A DNA stretch of 64,000 nt. It comes from Lingula anatina (taxonomy: Eukaryota; Animalia; Brachiopoda). The stretch is taken from positions 35,842,401 through 35,906,400 of the forward strand of contig CM120641.1 of assembly GCA_051362555.1 (NCBI GenBank). The letters run 5' to 3'. Each line of letters begins with the position of its first letter. The stretch's first letter is position 1. Shown piece by piece: positions 1-32,281 of the stretch. The notes below the pieces were generated by a model. It worked only from the letters and a program-made list of their open reading frames with translations, was not told where the DNA came from and did no database searches. A program made the position numbers and the translations under genes.

Positions 1-294
1 CAAAGATTTGTCTGTGAAAAGTGATCATAGTTGGTTGCCTATCTCTACTCCTTGACTAAATATTTTCTAGTTGCTAAAATGACAGATCTTGACTACTTAT
101 AACATTTGCCAAACATTACAATCTCAATTCAGCTAAGATAAAAAGTTCAAATACTTATTCCTCTGTCCTTTGAAAACTCCTTTCTTCCATATCATTTCAA
201 CAATATTAAAGTTCTTTTAAGTTCTCAAATTAGTCTTAAAAAATTCTTCAAGTTTATGTCTAATATAATTATCCTCTACAAATTGACTGTGCAC

Positions 295-20904
<20,610 letters not shown>

Positions 20905-21201
20905 AACCTAGTGTAAATACCATAAATAACAAAATATTTTAGCTCTCACATATTTGGCATCAAGCGCCATAATCCAGGGCAAACTGTTTCGCAGAAGATA
21001 TTTTAATCATAAGTTGGAAAACCAAAAATCTTAAGATGCTTCATCGTATTACAATTGTTTGTGGTTATTTTGTTTATCTAAGTTTTCCTTTGTTTTTCTT
21101 CTTTTTTAGATGTTTATTAGTAGGTTTTTCGACAATTTTTTTCAGGAAAACAAAATGCGGTCTAGTTTCCGGTTTAAATTGTACTTCCGTTTGGATCAAG
21201 C
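20905..21201. promoter_or_regulatory. Probable bidirectional promoter region shared by SMG1 and NOL11
   Basis: Divergent start codons are ~300 bp apart. ETS-like TTCCGG (~21167) and ACTTCCG (~21183) and a YY1-like CGCCAT (~20965) lie between them. Confidence 0.6.
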
Positions 21202-22958
21202 ATGGTCGAGAGAGGATTCTTTTTGTGCACTGTTTCAAATGCACACAACCTTATTGCGGTGACTAGGACCGCATCAGATTCAGATAATGTAATTGTCTCG
21301 TTTAAGAATGAAGGTGTTGCGATTTATAAGGTGAGACAAACGCCCAAGAAAATTTTTTTAATAATCTTAATGCATCCCACTAATCAAGTCCCTCTCACTT
21401 TTTGAATGTGTTTAGGTTAAAGAGCCACTTCAAGGGTTTTTTCTGCCAAAATAAATGTTTAGAGATTCTCTGACCTGTAAAGCTTGTTGTATTTCCCAAT
21501 TCAGACTGTAAAGACAATAAAACTCTTTATTTTAGATGGAAGTTAAAGTTTATCTGAAGCGTACCTTGTGTTTTTATCTAAAGACTACACGGCTACTAAG
21601 CATCCTCGGCTAATAGCCCTTGCTAGCTTGCAACGTTTGTATTATACATGGCGCAGTGCCGCGATACAAAATACCCCAACTTTTTCTTTTGTGAAAACAA
21701 GGCAATGTGTGTGACTGCAGATACTGTTTTATTTGACTGGCTAGTCATTTAAACTTAAAGTATTAAATTAAAAGTGGAATGAAACATCAAATCCTAGTGC
21801 AGGGGGGGCCGTAGCGATAGTCCGAAGGTTCAATAGTCTGAAGGTTCATTGGTCCGAATGTTCACTATAGAACCTTCGGACCAATGAACCCTTGATTAAA
21901 AAATCGATGAAAATGTTACCACTTTTCGGACCAATGAACCTTCGGACCAATGAACCTTCGGACTATCGAGACACCCCCGTGCAGGGATGAGTCAAGCAAT
22001 AATTTGGAAGTATTCATTCCTGTGGAGTGGCTCTCAAACCTTTTACTTTGCACTTTTCTTCAGCTTTCTTTTGAAAAAATCTTTATATAAGTATGTACAC
22101 TCTTGTTTTACTTTACAACATTTGGTTATTTCATGTGTATTGAACAATTGTTAAAGCCCTTCACATCATTATCATTATTGTCCCAAAGATTATAGACCAC
22201 TTTTTTACTCATGTCTTATTTTAGATATCAGACCAGAAGGCCATATTGACATGGTCCACAAAGAAAGGACAGGAAATAACTAGCCCTACACATTACATGG
22301 GGGATGGAAGAACACTTATTACCGTGTTTAACAAACAGGTACCACCAATGGGAATGTTTTGTACATAGAAAAAAATTATGTACTCAAAAGAGGCTCATTG
22401 CACGCAAAATACACTAATGCCCCAGTGCACTTTTCATATAGCTTTAAACAGTGTACAGTTTAACTTAGATATTTAAGTCAGTCAATTCATGTAATATTGT
22501 CACCATGTATTTTACCAGTGATCCCTATGTTTTAATTTGTAATCCATCTGAAGCAATATCACAGGTATAACCTGCCTATCAATTGCATAATTTGGGTTAA
22601 TGTTTTTTTTTATATTCTGCATTGTGTTTATTTGAAAGAATTTTAAGAAAACTGGTTTTCACCTCAGTACTGTAAAGCAGGACCAACCGATTCAGTCGCA
22701 GTGTATTACCATAAAATGTTAATTTAGTCTTTTTCTTTTTCTACACCAGTATATAAGAATCTGGAACCAAGAGGATGCTCATATAGAACAGGGAAAGAAA
22801 TACTCTGTCAGTATAAAAACATATTTTTTAACATCTACAATTTGGTCAGAAATTTCAAAATTAATATTGTATATTTTTAGTAATATTTGCATGTTTTAAA
22901 ACCTTACTGACAGTTATATGTGATTTTATTTTATTTTACTATTATTTTTATTTTTTAT

Positions 22959-23018
<60 letters not shown>

Positions 23019-23392
23019 GAAAAAGTTATTTCATATAGCACAGGTAAAATCCTCAGATGTATAATTGTAATAAACAAAAGTTAAGTAAGTTGAAAATTGG
23101 ACCTTTTGTGAATGTTAATTTGTCATGAACTTTCTTCTTCTTCAGGGTAAAGGTTCAATTTACAAAACGCTCTGTTTGCCCGCTGTAGATGAACCTGTAA
23201 TTGTGTTTGAAAATGGCGCAGTTACCCAGCTCGCAGATTTAAAGGATCCTCCAGACCCAGTATTATATGATGATGAAAACATTTTATACTGCGATGGAGG
23301 TGGACATGATGGCAAAAGTTATGTGCTAGTTTTATCAAGAAGAGAAGTGTCAGGAAAGGTATTGAACTTTTTCAACCTGTCTCTGTATTTTG

Positions 23393-23467
<75 letters not shown>

Positions 23468-26400
23468 GTAAGTTTAGGTGTAACTGTCTTTGTACAAATT
23501 GTGCTTTTTAACGGGAATTTACTAATGGCATAAAATTATTGATTTGACTGACTTTCTTCCATTTTAAATTTTAAGATGACTAGCTTTTAAAATTTTGAGG
23601 GTTTTTAGAAAGGAGAGAGTTATTAAATATTATATTTAACTATATATTTATTGCTATTGCAAGTCTTTTTCAGAATTGTATTGACTATTTAAAAGCTCTC
23701 AGCAGAGACGCCACATTTATTTTATAGAATACTACTTTACATATATATTTTAGTTTGTAATAAGGGCTCTAGTGCACTGGATTGCTGTGAATAGTGGCAG
23801 TAAAATGTCAGAAAGCCAACTTCAGTCAGAAGCTGGGGATCTGTTGAGCTTTTGTTTAATGGACAAGAAGTCACCACCTGAATTTCTTACATTATGTAAG
23901 TTACCTTTATGATATTTTTATTTGTTTTTTTAACCTAGGTTGTATGAAAGGGTGTATAATTTCAGTAAGTTGTAAAAAGCATCCATTACGTGATAATTAC
24001 ATAAACAGAAAAGGATACTAGCAAAATTGAGTCACTAAGAGCTTATAAATTAATCTTTTTCTTTATACCAAGTTGAAATAAATTCTTGAAGCTGCTCTCA
24101 ATTACGTAACTATGTATTACATCATGACGAATAAACCAAAATATTGTTTTCATGATAAAATGATTTAAAAGTATATTACAATTCATTTGTTTTCAATAAA
24201 GGGTCTGATGGAAGTTTGAGATCTACAAGGTTAACTGGCTCCTTAGACCACACTGTGAAACTCCACAACATACCTGATATAACCCCCAGCTCACGGATGT
24301 GCTCCGTTGGAGAGAACCATGTAGCAGTCTCAAGTTTGAAAGCTGGTGAAAATGGCGAAGGTGTGTAACTCAAGTTCACAGTCCCTGTGGATGTGTTTGA
24401 AAACAATAATTTGTTATGTATAATACAACATATTTACTTATTAAAACCATAGAAAACAAAAACTAAACAAAATGAGCCATTAGACATGGGGTAGTTCTTT
24501 TTGTCAATGCTAAGGAGTATTAATATACACCATGATTTAATGTTTCTTACCACATGAAATGATTACTTTTTCAGAGAGGATAGGTTTATGGAATGTCAGG
24601 TTTGGGACCTTACATTCAACTCAAACCTTGCCAACTAAAATGGATGAAGATAAAAGGGTAAGACTGATATAATTTAGATTTAAAAGTTTTATACTTACTT
24701 TTCTGGAAATGCTTTTAGCATATTTCTAAACATATGGAAGGAATAATTACCCTATCTTATATGTGCTTAAGCTTTCTTCAGTTAGTTAAAGAAATGATCA
24801 GTACTACGATTATAAGTTACCATGAAACAAAAAGCATTCATGGACTGCAGAGATACGTCAATTTAAATAGACACATACATTTTCTACCATTTCAGATATT
24901 CTGTGCAGGCAGCCACATTTTTGCACTATGTGGCAAAAGTATATATGCATTTCCCTACACCTGCCCTTCTTCTGATCTGGCCACCTCACTGGGAAAATAT
25001 ACAGCACTGAGGGATCTCAAAGAAACACTGGTTCCCAAGGGCACTGCCTGGGAGGGGAGGAATATAGTGAGTAAATTACATTGTACATTAGTTCTTTTTT
25101 CTTGTTTGAATCAGAAATATGACAGTTTATAACAAATCAAGGCTTGTTATGACTCTACGTATAATACTACCTTAGGATACAATTTGGTACCAGAATTTAC
25201 ACCTCATATAATTGAAATATTTCTTCATGCATTGTACTTCTGGATTTTTTTTTCAAACACAGTTTTAGTATTGCTGCTCAAAGTTTCATGTTGATTTTCA
25301 TTATTTATATGGCACTTTTTACAGATTTTACAAGAAAGTCTTAACCAGAATGCTCTTAGTGCATTGGAACAACTTGTTGATGCAAAGAAGGTAAATTCTT
25401 TATTCTGTCCTGTTTGTTGAATATTTAGACCAGCATCTTGAATATTTATTCTAGTCCTAGTAATAGTGTGAACAATTATTTCACATATTAACATCCACTA
25501 AAAAAATTTCCTTAATGTTAATTGTACATTCATTCAAGATTTTTCCATACTTGATTTTTCATTCATTTTTACCGCCACGTGGCATTTGATTTTTGATTAA
25601 TTCATGTAAAATCTTTGATGTAGCCATTGATGTTGGATTTCATTTGAGGTGGATCATTGCATTGTTCCCCTTTTCCAGACTCCAACAGCTAAAAGCTTCA
25701 CATCAGCATTTAACACATTGACAAAGAATACAAAGAAAAACCAATGGCAGGAACTTGCTTCTAGTTTGCAAATGTCCAAGCTCATTAATCGGATATCAGA
25801 GGAAAGCAGATTCTGGCCACAGCAAGAGATAAAGCAATTAGTATTGCTTGGAGCAGTGCCAAGTGGTCTGGTTTCCACACTTATTTCTGTTGTGGTCTCA
25901 CACGAAGACTTATCAGTGTTATTGGATTGCCATAACCACCTGACAGATATTCCTGAACCAGCTATTGTACAATGTCTTAAATTTTATCTGAAGTGAGTCC
26001 TGCAATGAATTTCTTGTAATAAGTGGACCATTTTCTTTGTATTCACCTTGAATTGTATTTATAAATTTGTAGTGTGTTGGTGTTTTAAAGGAACATATAC
26101 AAGAAAAGTAAAAGAAAGACTTGTTCAATGGGTTATTGAAACCATTATTAGGTTTAAATTATTGGTTGTAACCTAAGTTTCCATCAGAAGTTATATATTT
26201 GATTATTTCTAAGTTTTAGATATCCTGCTCACTCACTGTAAGTTATAATAGTCTTAAGGTCAGGAATGAAGGTGGTTAACATTTAATTCACTTTTACCCA
26301 CTTGTTGTTTCATGACAGGTGAATGAATGCATTATCTTTCACAGGCAAGAAGAAGCTACATTTTCCAGATGTACAAAACAGCTTCAGCAGCTGGGCTCCA

Positions 26401-27880
26401 GCAGTCTTATAGAGAACAACAGAAGTAATTTAGAACCCCCATTTGGGTCTGAAAAGGCAGCATTTATGTATCTTTTTACAAAGTGATGTCTGCACTTAAG
26501 TGCCTCAATTTACATACAATTAGGAAAGTTTATAGTTATCAAACCTGTGGAGAAAGTCAATGATATATGATTGCACCATTTAGGTGTATTGATTTTTGTT
26601 TGAATTTAACCTTGATACAAATTCAACAACACTTTATTAGAAATTGTGCATTTTTTACTTAAAAGTTTTTTTTTTAAAAAAAGCAGAAAGCTGCTTATTT
26701 CAATATTTTAAACACTTTTCCTTAACAGAATTCTAGCAACTTGATCCTAACCTCTGTGTATAATGATGTGTTCATATTGGACAGCTTAAGGGCAATAGAC
26801 TTTGACCAAGTGCTGGTAAGTATTTGTTATTGCCTTCTGTAACTTTTTATGAAGTCTTACTCCATTTAGATTTATTGGTTCTGTTGATAAATTTTTTGTG
26901 CTATGTAAATTTATACATTTTACATGGACTTATAATGATTCAATTTAATAAGTTGGTTTTTTAAGCAGGTTGTTTTGAGTACACATTTTCCTAGTTCTTT
27001 TGTCAGTTTAAGATATTTTGATTTGATTTTAATTATTTTCCAGTTACTGATGAAGTACCTTTTCTACCAGTTAAGCTCACTTTCAGCTGCCCTGGCCACT
27101 CACAAAAGTGGATCCAGGTGGCAACCATCATTGATGCAGGTATTTCTGTCCTTCAACAATTCATATACTATGGGAAAGTAATTCAGCATAACTATCATTT
27201 TTTTCCTTTGAAATCCCATTGCAAATTCCTCTATATATTCAAAACATTTTATGATACGGTTCAGTGAATTAAAAAATCACGAGCTAGCCTTGGGTTTACA
27301 ATCATTTGTTGCTCAGACTGCGATTCACAATTACTTGTATCTAAAACAACGTGGTAATTGAGACATTATTTCCACTCTCACAAATTAATGGTATTGTCGA
27401 GTAATCAACATTTAAAGTGCCTTAATTAGATATATCATGTATATATCATTATATTATTTAGGTGGTGGATTGGCTAAGCTTGCTATTGGATGCACATTGC
27501 CAACAACTGATTCTGTCACCAGATGCCAGAACATTGCTAGCTGATCTGCACCAAGTTGTAGAAAGCCAGGTATTGTAGAGTTTCACATTATGACATATCT
27601 ATCATTGTTTGTGAAAGATTTTAATTTAACAGAATTCAATTAAAACTCTATTTATATCAATATAAATTGCCAAATATAGATGTTCTTCCCAGAGGAATAA
27701 TAAGTGGGTATGGTGGGTATCTGAATATAAAATTGACTATTTCCTCTCTTATTACAGGTTCAGTTTTATGATGAGCTGGTGAGTCTAGAAGCCATACTAT
27801 CACAGCTGAAGCAGAAATGCGGCCTGCCTAAAAAACAAAGTGTTGGACTCTACAGTATAGAAGTTCTTCATATACTATAG
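21202..27880 (+). CDS. NOL11: Nucleolar protein 11 (SSU processome, UTP8 functional analogue), ~658 aa
   Basis: 15 exons join in one frame (1977 nt): 21202-21330, 22225-22338, 22750-22806, 23146-23358, 23754-23895, 24202-24360, 24575-24657, 24896-25066, 25325-25390, 25679-25992, 26345-26467, 26737-26815, 27044-27139, 27462-27569, 27758-27880. NOL11-like peptides: YK|ISDQKAILTWSTKKGQEITSP, IRIWNQED, LWNVRFGTL, DIPEPAIVQCLKFYL, QVVDWLSLLLDAH and C-terminal GLYSIEVL. AATAAA at 28124. Confidence 0.92.
21797..21986. mobile_element. Non-autonomous DNA transposon (MITE) with GG...CC termini, 16-bp subterminal repeats and a target-site duplication, in NOL11 intron 1
   Basis: Left arm cgatagtccgaaggttcaatagtctgaaggttcattggtccgaa is inverted relative to right arm ttcggaccaatgaaccttcggaccaatgaaccttcggactatcg. 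GTGCAG(GG) is a flanking direct repeat at 21797 and 21979. Confidence 0.85.
22962..23018. repeat. (TA)n plus poly-T microsatellite, NOL11 intron 3
   Basis: Directly visible. Confidence 0.95.
23396..23464. repeat. (TA)n microsatellite, NOL11 intron 4
   Basis: Directly visible. Confidence 0.95.
26468..26736 (+). other. U12-type (minor spliceosome) GT-AG intron in NOL11
   Basis: 5' splice site GTATCTTTT, branch site TTTTCCTTAAC at 26716-26726 and 3' TAG at 26734-26736. Splicing here preserves the frame (AAFI-NLILTSVYNDVF). Confidence 0.9.
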
Positions 27881-29255
27881 CTCCTCCCATACCTTAGGCA
27901 CTGTAACAACTTTCTGTACAATGAACGATTAATGCATTTTTGAATGTTAAGTATTTTACTAAAAAGCTGAGGGGCTTTTTCATCGACAGGTACACCTGTG
28001 CTGTTAACTGTGCGATGTAAGGATTTGTGATGGATAAGGCGAATTAAAGATTGATACATAGTAATCCAAAAGGTTATGCCAAGTGTTTGTAATGAAATGA
28101 ATACAAAAAGTAACCAAATGTTGAATAAAAATTCATTTTAATAGTATGAATTTAAACTAAAGATTTTCTTTAATGATATTTTCTTAATATTCAACATTGA
28201 TCAATACATTTTTGATTGATTGAAAAATACATTCTCCGTTTTAACAATCATCGAAAACCTTTTTTTTTTGTATTTTTTACAATAATAAATGCAACAGTTT
28301 CTTTATCACGGTTCTTGAACAGTTTCTGTGAATGCTTTTATGCTTCAAAGAAAAGATAATGACACTCCCAATAATGTCATGGGAAATGTCAAAAACGATT
28401 GAAGGATGATATAAAGCTAATAACAAGGCCAATCCCGAAGTTTAAGTCTGGTTCAAAAACTGCTTATCAAACTAAGAAAGAAAATCATGTGTTACCTAGG
28501 ATTGATACCAAATTCTACTATGGTTTTGGGGAAAATTGATTATACTCAACTGTGTTCAATCAAACCCTATTCAAACTCAAGAGGCCTTCTAAGGCTTCAT
28601 ACACTCAAAGCTACACTTTGATCTCAGAATTGAATATTCCTCACATAAAATGTTGATTAAAATATAAATTCAATACACTTAAACATTTTCTCTGTTGGGA
28701 ACAATTTGTGTCATGCATTTCTCTATTTCAAGGGCCTTTACAGTACGCACCAATTCAATAACCACCTTCCATATAACTTTAGCAACCTGCTTAAATGGTT
28801 TAATACCACAATAAAGCAGCAATGGTTTCAATGAAATGCCCTTCTTTTAATGTGCTGTTATTGGTTTTACTATTTACAAACATGACACTTTGCCATAAAT
28901 TTCAGGGACATTTTTCTCAACAGTTTTCAGTGTAAGTGTGTCTCCAATCTAGTTCAGTGGAGTATTGTTCTGAAGAAAACTAATACTTTTCCAGAATGAA
29001 ACCCTTATTATAATTCTCTTGGAAGTTGGTGTCTGTGACTTACTTATTTGGCTGACAGTCTCATAGCTAACAGAAACTAAAGCCTGTTTTGATATCATGA
29101 CTCTCCAGTGCACTGAATGTATTTTGTACATTCTCCTTTTTGTTAATACTACAATGAATTGAACATCATTCTTTTTGTATATACTCCTCTGTAATGAGTA
29201 CTTGATGTTTTTCAGTTATCAATCTCTCTTCCACCCAGAACATCTCCCAAAATAC

Positions 29256-30619
29256 TTAATATAACTTCCGTATAAAACTTTGGATGACATCATCATCAAC
29301 AAGACCCATGAACTTATCAACAGATTGGCCATTCTTAATGGCAACAACTGTGGGGACTGCAGTCACCTGAAACACCACAATGGGAAATCATACATGAGAA
29401 ATGTAAAATGACTGTTCACTAAGAAAAATTACGATTTAATTTTATGTCATTGCAAATTTCACCCCGATACAGGGCTCTTTATTGACTCATTTCAATTGCT
29501 TTTTTCAGAAATGTGTATTTCACTTGCACCCCCCACCCCCCTTGACCAAATCATTTCATTGTTTTCCCCCTTATTTCAACATTACTACGAATAAAAGATA
29601 ATTTTGTTTAAGTGTGGTTTTTTCAAATTAACAGCCACTAAATTTTATTTTTATCAACAAGCCCCAGGACTTAACATTTCCTTTATTTGCAAATTCTCAT
29701 GACTAAAGCAGAACAGACAGTAAAATAGAGTCTTTATATGCATTACTGTACAATACATACCCCATAATTAATTGCTATATCAGACATTTCATCAATGTCA
29801 ACCTTTGCAAGAAGAACTTTGCCCTCTTCTGCTGCCACCAAGGATTCTAACCTGGGTGCTAGAAGCTTGCATGGCCCACACCACCTGGAAATAAGTTTTT
29901 CACAGTGGAGAACAGTGCCTCGAATCACTCTGTGGCCCTGGTTGAGGGTAGGCGTGCACCACAAGTCACATAATAGGGCATATATTCACTACTATGAAAA
30001 ATATAGTACAAATGTTGTTGGTAAAAAAAATAACAGTACTCAGTATGTAATAAACCCATGAAATCACATCTTAAGAAGCCTTTGCACAGCTGACCACAAG
30101 TATAACTCAGACAATTCAATTTTAACTGATAAAACCAATTACAACAAAGTATTTCTTTAACAATATGAAAAATAAATAAATTTTATCTTACTAACTACAA
30201 AGTTATAATATTCACAAAATCATCATTTCTTTTATTCACATAACATCAATAAATATCCTGATTATTTGTACAATGCATTTTCAATGTTAAAAATAAATCC
30301 TCTCTTTAAAGCGAAATGATAATCAGACAAATGATAATCAGACTTACCCAGCATGAAAATCTACAATCACAGGCAATTTTTCAGATTTTTTAAGAACATC
30401 CTGTTTAAAATGTTCATCATCCTGAATATTTATCATGTACTCTTTGCCTGATTTTGGCGTGGACGTTGATATGGTTGCAATCTGTGTTCTACATGTAGTA
30501 GTTTGCTTTGTCAGCAGAGAGCCATTGTTTTGTGCAGTACGTGTGGTGGCTATGTACAGTCTTGAGCAGAGGCTTTGTCTCAGTCCAGGGCATTGCCTGA
30601 GGAAAGACCTAAATGCCAT
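29256..30619 (-). CDS. TXN2: Thioredoxin, mitochondrial (~168 aa)
   Basis: Coding exons 30619-30348, 29884-29761 and 29366-29256 total 507 nt. Arg/Ser/Thr-rich N-terminal presequence [15 protein letters not shown]; PVIVDFHAG|[12 protein letters not shown] active site; LAKVDIDE...[23 protein letters not shown] probable non-coding first exon ends at the donor at 31679. Confidence 0.95.
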
Positions 30620-30690
30620 GCCTGAAAACGAAAAATGAATTTTGTTACATTGTGGGGGCTTACAGTTGTATGCAATGAAAAAATCAGGCC

Positions 30691-31104
30691 TCAAAATAAA
30701 AGTTGCACTTGAATGACGTCATGTTCCAGTACCTATGTAGTTTTCAAAGATTTTATACTCGATGAAGTTAAAGTCTGTTCAATCAAATCTGTCTGATTAA
30801 ATGATTATGTCACAGTCACTATCAATATTGTTTGCCCAAAAGCTGTCAGGCTGTTTTTGTTATACTTCAAATTTATTGCATTATTTGATTTCATATTACT
30901 ATCAAAATAAAAGTTGCACTCGAATGATGTCATGTTCCAGTACCTATGTAGTTTTCAAAGATTTTATACTCAGATGAAGTTAAAGTCTGAACAAATTTGT
31001 CTGATTAAATGATTATGTCACAGTCACTATCAATATTGTTTGCCCAAAAGCTGTCAGGCTGTTTTTGTTATACTTCAAATTTATTGCATTATTTGATTTC
31101 ATAT
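30691..31104. repeat. Two-copy ~210-bp tandem duplication in the TXN2 5'UTR intron
   Basis: tcaaaataaaagttgcact...tatttgatttcatat occurs at ~30691-30895 and ~30902-31104, nearly identical. Confidence 0.93.
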
Positions 31105-31714
31105 CAGTACAAGCCAAGCACAAAAATCAAGCACTATTGGCTAATTTCTTCAAATGTTCTCCCATTTTTATTTTTGCATGTATTTCGATCTGTACCTTTT
31201 GCCCAATATAATCATCTTTTACTGGTACTTATGTTTTAGTTGTAAGAAAAAGCCTCAACATGAATTACATAATAAGGTGCTAATATTTCTGTGTTTTTGT
31301 TCTGTTTGTTTATTCTGTAGCTGTGACCTACATGTAGTTGTGGCATCCTAGCTAGCTTATCTGACACTAACAATGCACACGTATAGCGAGGTTTAACTTC
31401 ATTTCGAATGCATGGCCATTTTGAAATTATGTAGTCTTACAGGTGCCATACTCAATTTATTGAATCATGCTTTTTTTAGTCGTATACTATCTATATATGC
31501 CGTGCAAGGTGATTTTGGGATCTAGATTCCTTCTGTCTGTTGAACTTTACTTGACCCTCGACTTCTCAGGCTCTCGTCTGGTATCTGTACATTGCAAAAA
31601 AAAATAGTATTCTACTGTTCTAGACTTATGTGCGTGAGTAATAGTTTCTGCTCAACTACTCTTGGAAGATCATGCTTACCTGTTGTGTAAGGTGACGAAA
31701 TAATATCAAAACAT

Positions 31715-31860
31715 TTACACGTGAAGTATAGGCACAGTTACCCCTGCGCAGGACGTCATCAATTTATGACGTACGTCATCAAAATCGGGCACCTGCCCTT
31801 TCCGCGAAGCAAAATTCTCCTTAGCAACTAAGAAGGTTTGGACATGGCTGCCATGTGAAA
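31715..31860. promoter_or_regulatory. Probable bidirectional promoter for TXN2 and the TEX33-like gene, with an RFX X-box-like site
   Basis: CpG-enriched patch containing CACGTG (31718), palindrome CCTGCGCAGG (31743), CRE-like GACGTCA (31752) and TGACGTACGTCA (31767), X-box-like TTCTCCTTAGCAAC (31815-31828) and inverted repeat ACATGG-ctg-CCATGT (31842). Confidence 0.6.
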
Positions 31861-32281
31861 GCTGTTGCTCTGCATATTGGATATATATGTAAGAAATGTG
31901 TTTTATTCCGACCATTTGATACTCACAAGTTACTAAAGACTATAAGTTTTATAATATGACGTTTTTCTAGAAAACTGAAAACATTCGTATAGCAGCCTTA
32001 ATATTAGATTTGTTTATTTGAACTATTCCTTTGCAAAATGCAGAGGTTTTACAAACGTCCTATAATTATTTATAGTGGTTGTAGTACTTTAGGTAAGTAT
32101 CATAGATTCAATAATATGTATTCCAACTTCAGATGGGTTTAGTCCTTTTCCACAATCCTGGATGCTGAAGTAGTGATGGCAAGATAAACATATGGAAATT
32201 TTATCAAACACTATGTACATGAGTATTGAATTTAATGTTTATATTAATTTCAGATTATTTTCCAGAAGTAAATTAGCTACT

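Noticed and set aside
21812-21968. CRISPR-like repeat array
   Set aside because: Eukaryotic intron; the repeats abut or are inverted, with no unique spacers and no cas genes. Explained as MITE subterminal repeats.
23896-24201. Second U12-type intron in NOL11, suggested by a weak AAG acceptor
   Set aside because: The donor is the standard U2 GTAAGT and no CCTTAAC branch site is present
29256-30619. Selenocysteine or other recoding in the thioredoxin
   Set aside because: The active site is the ordinary WCGPC (TGT/TGC) with no in-frame TGA
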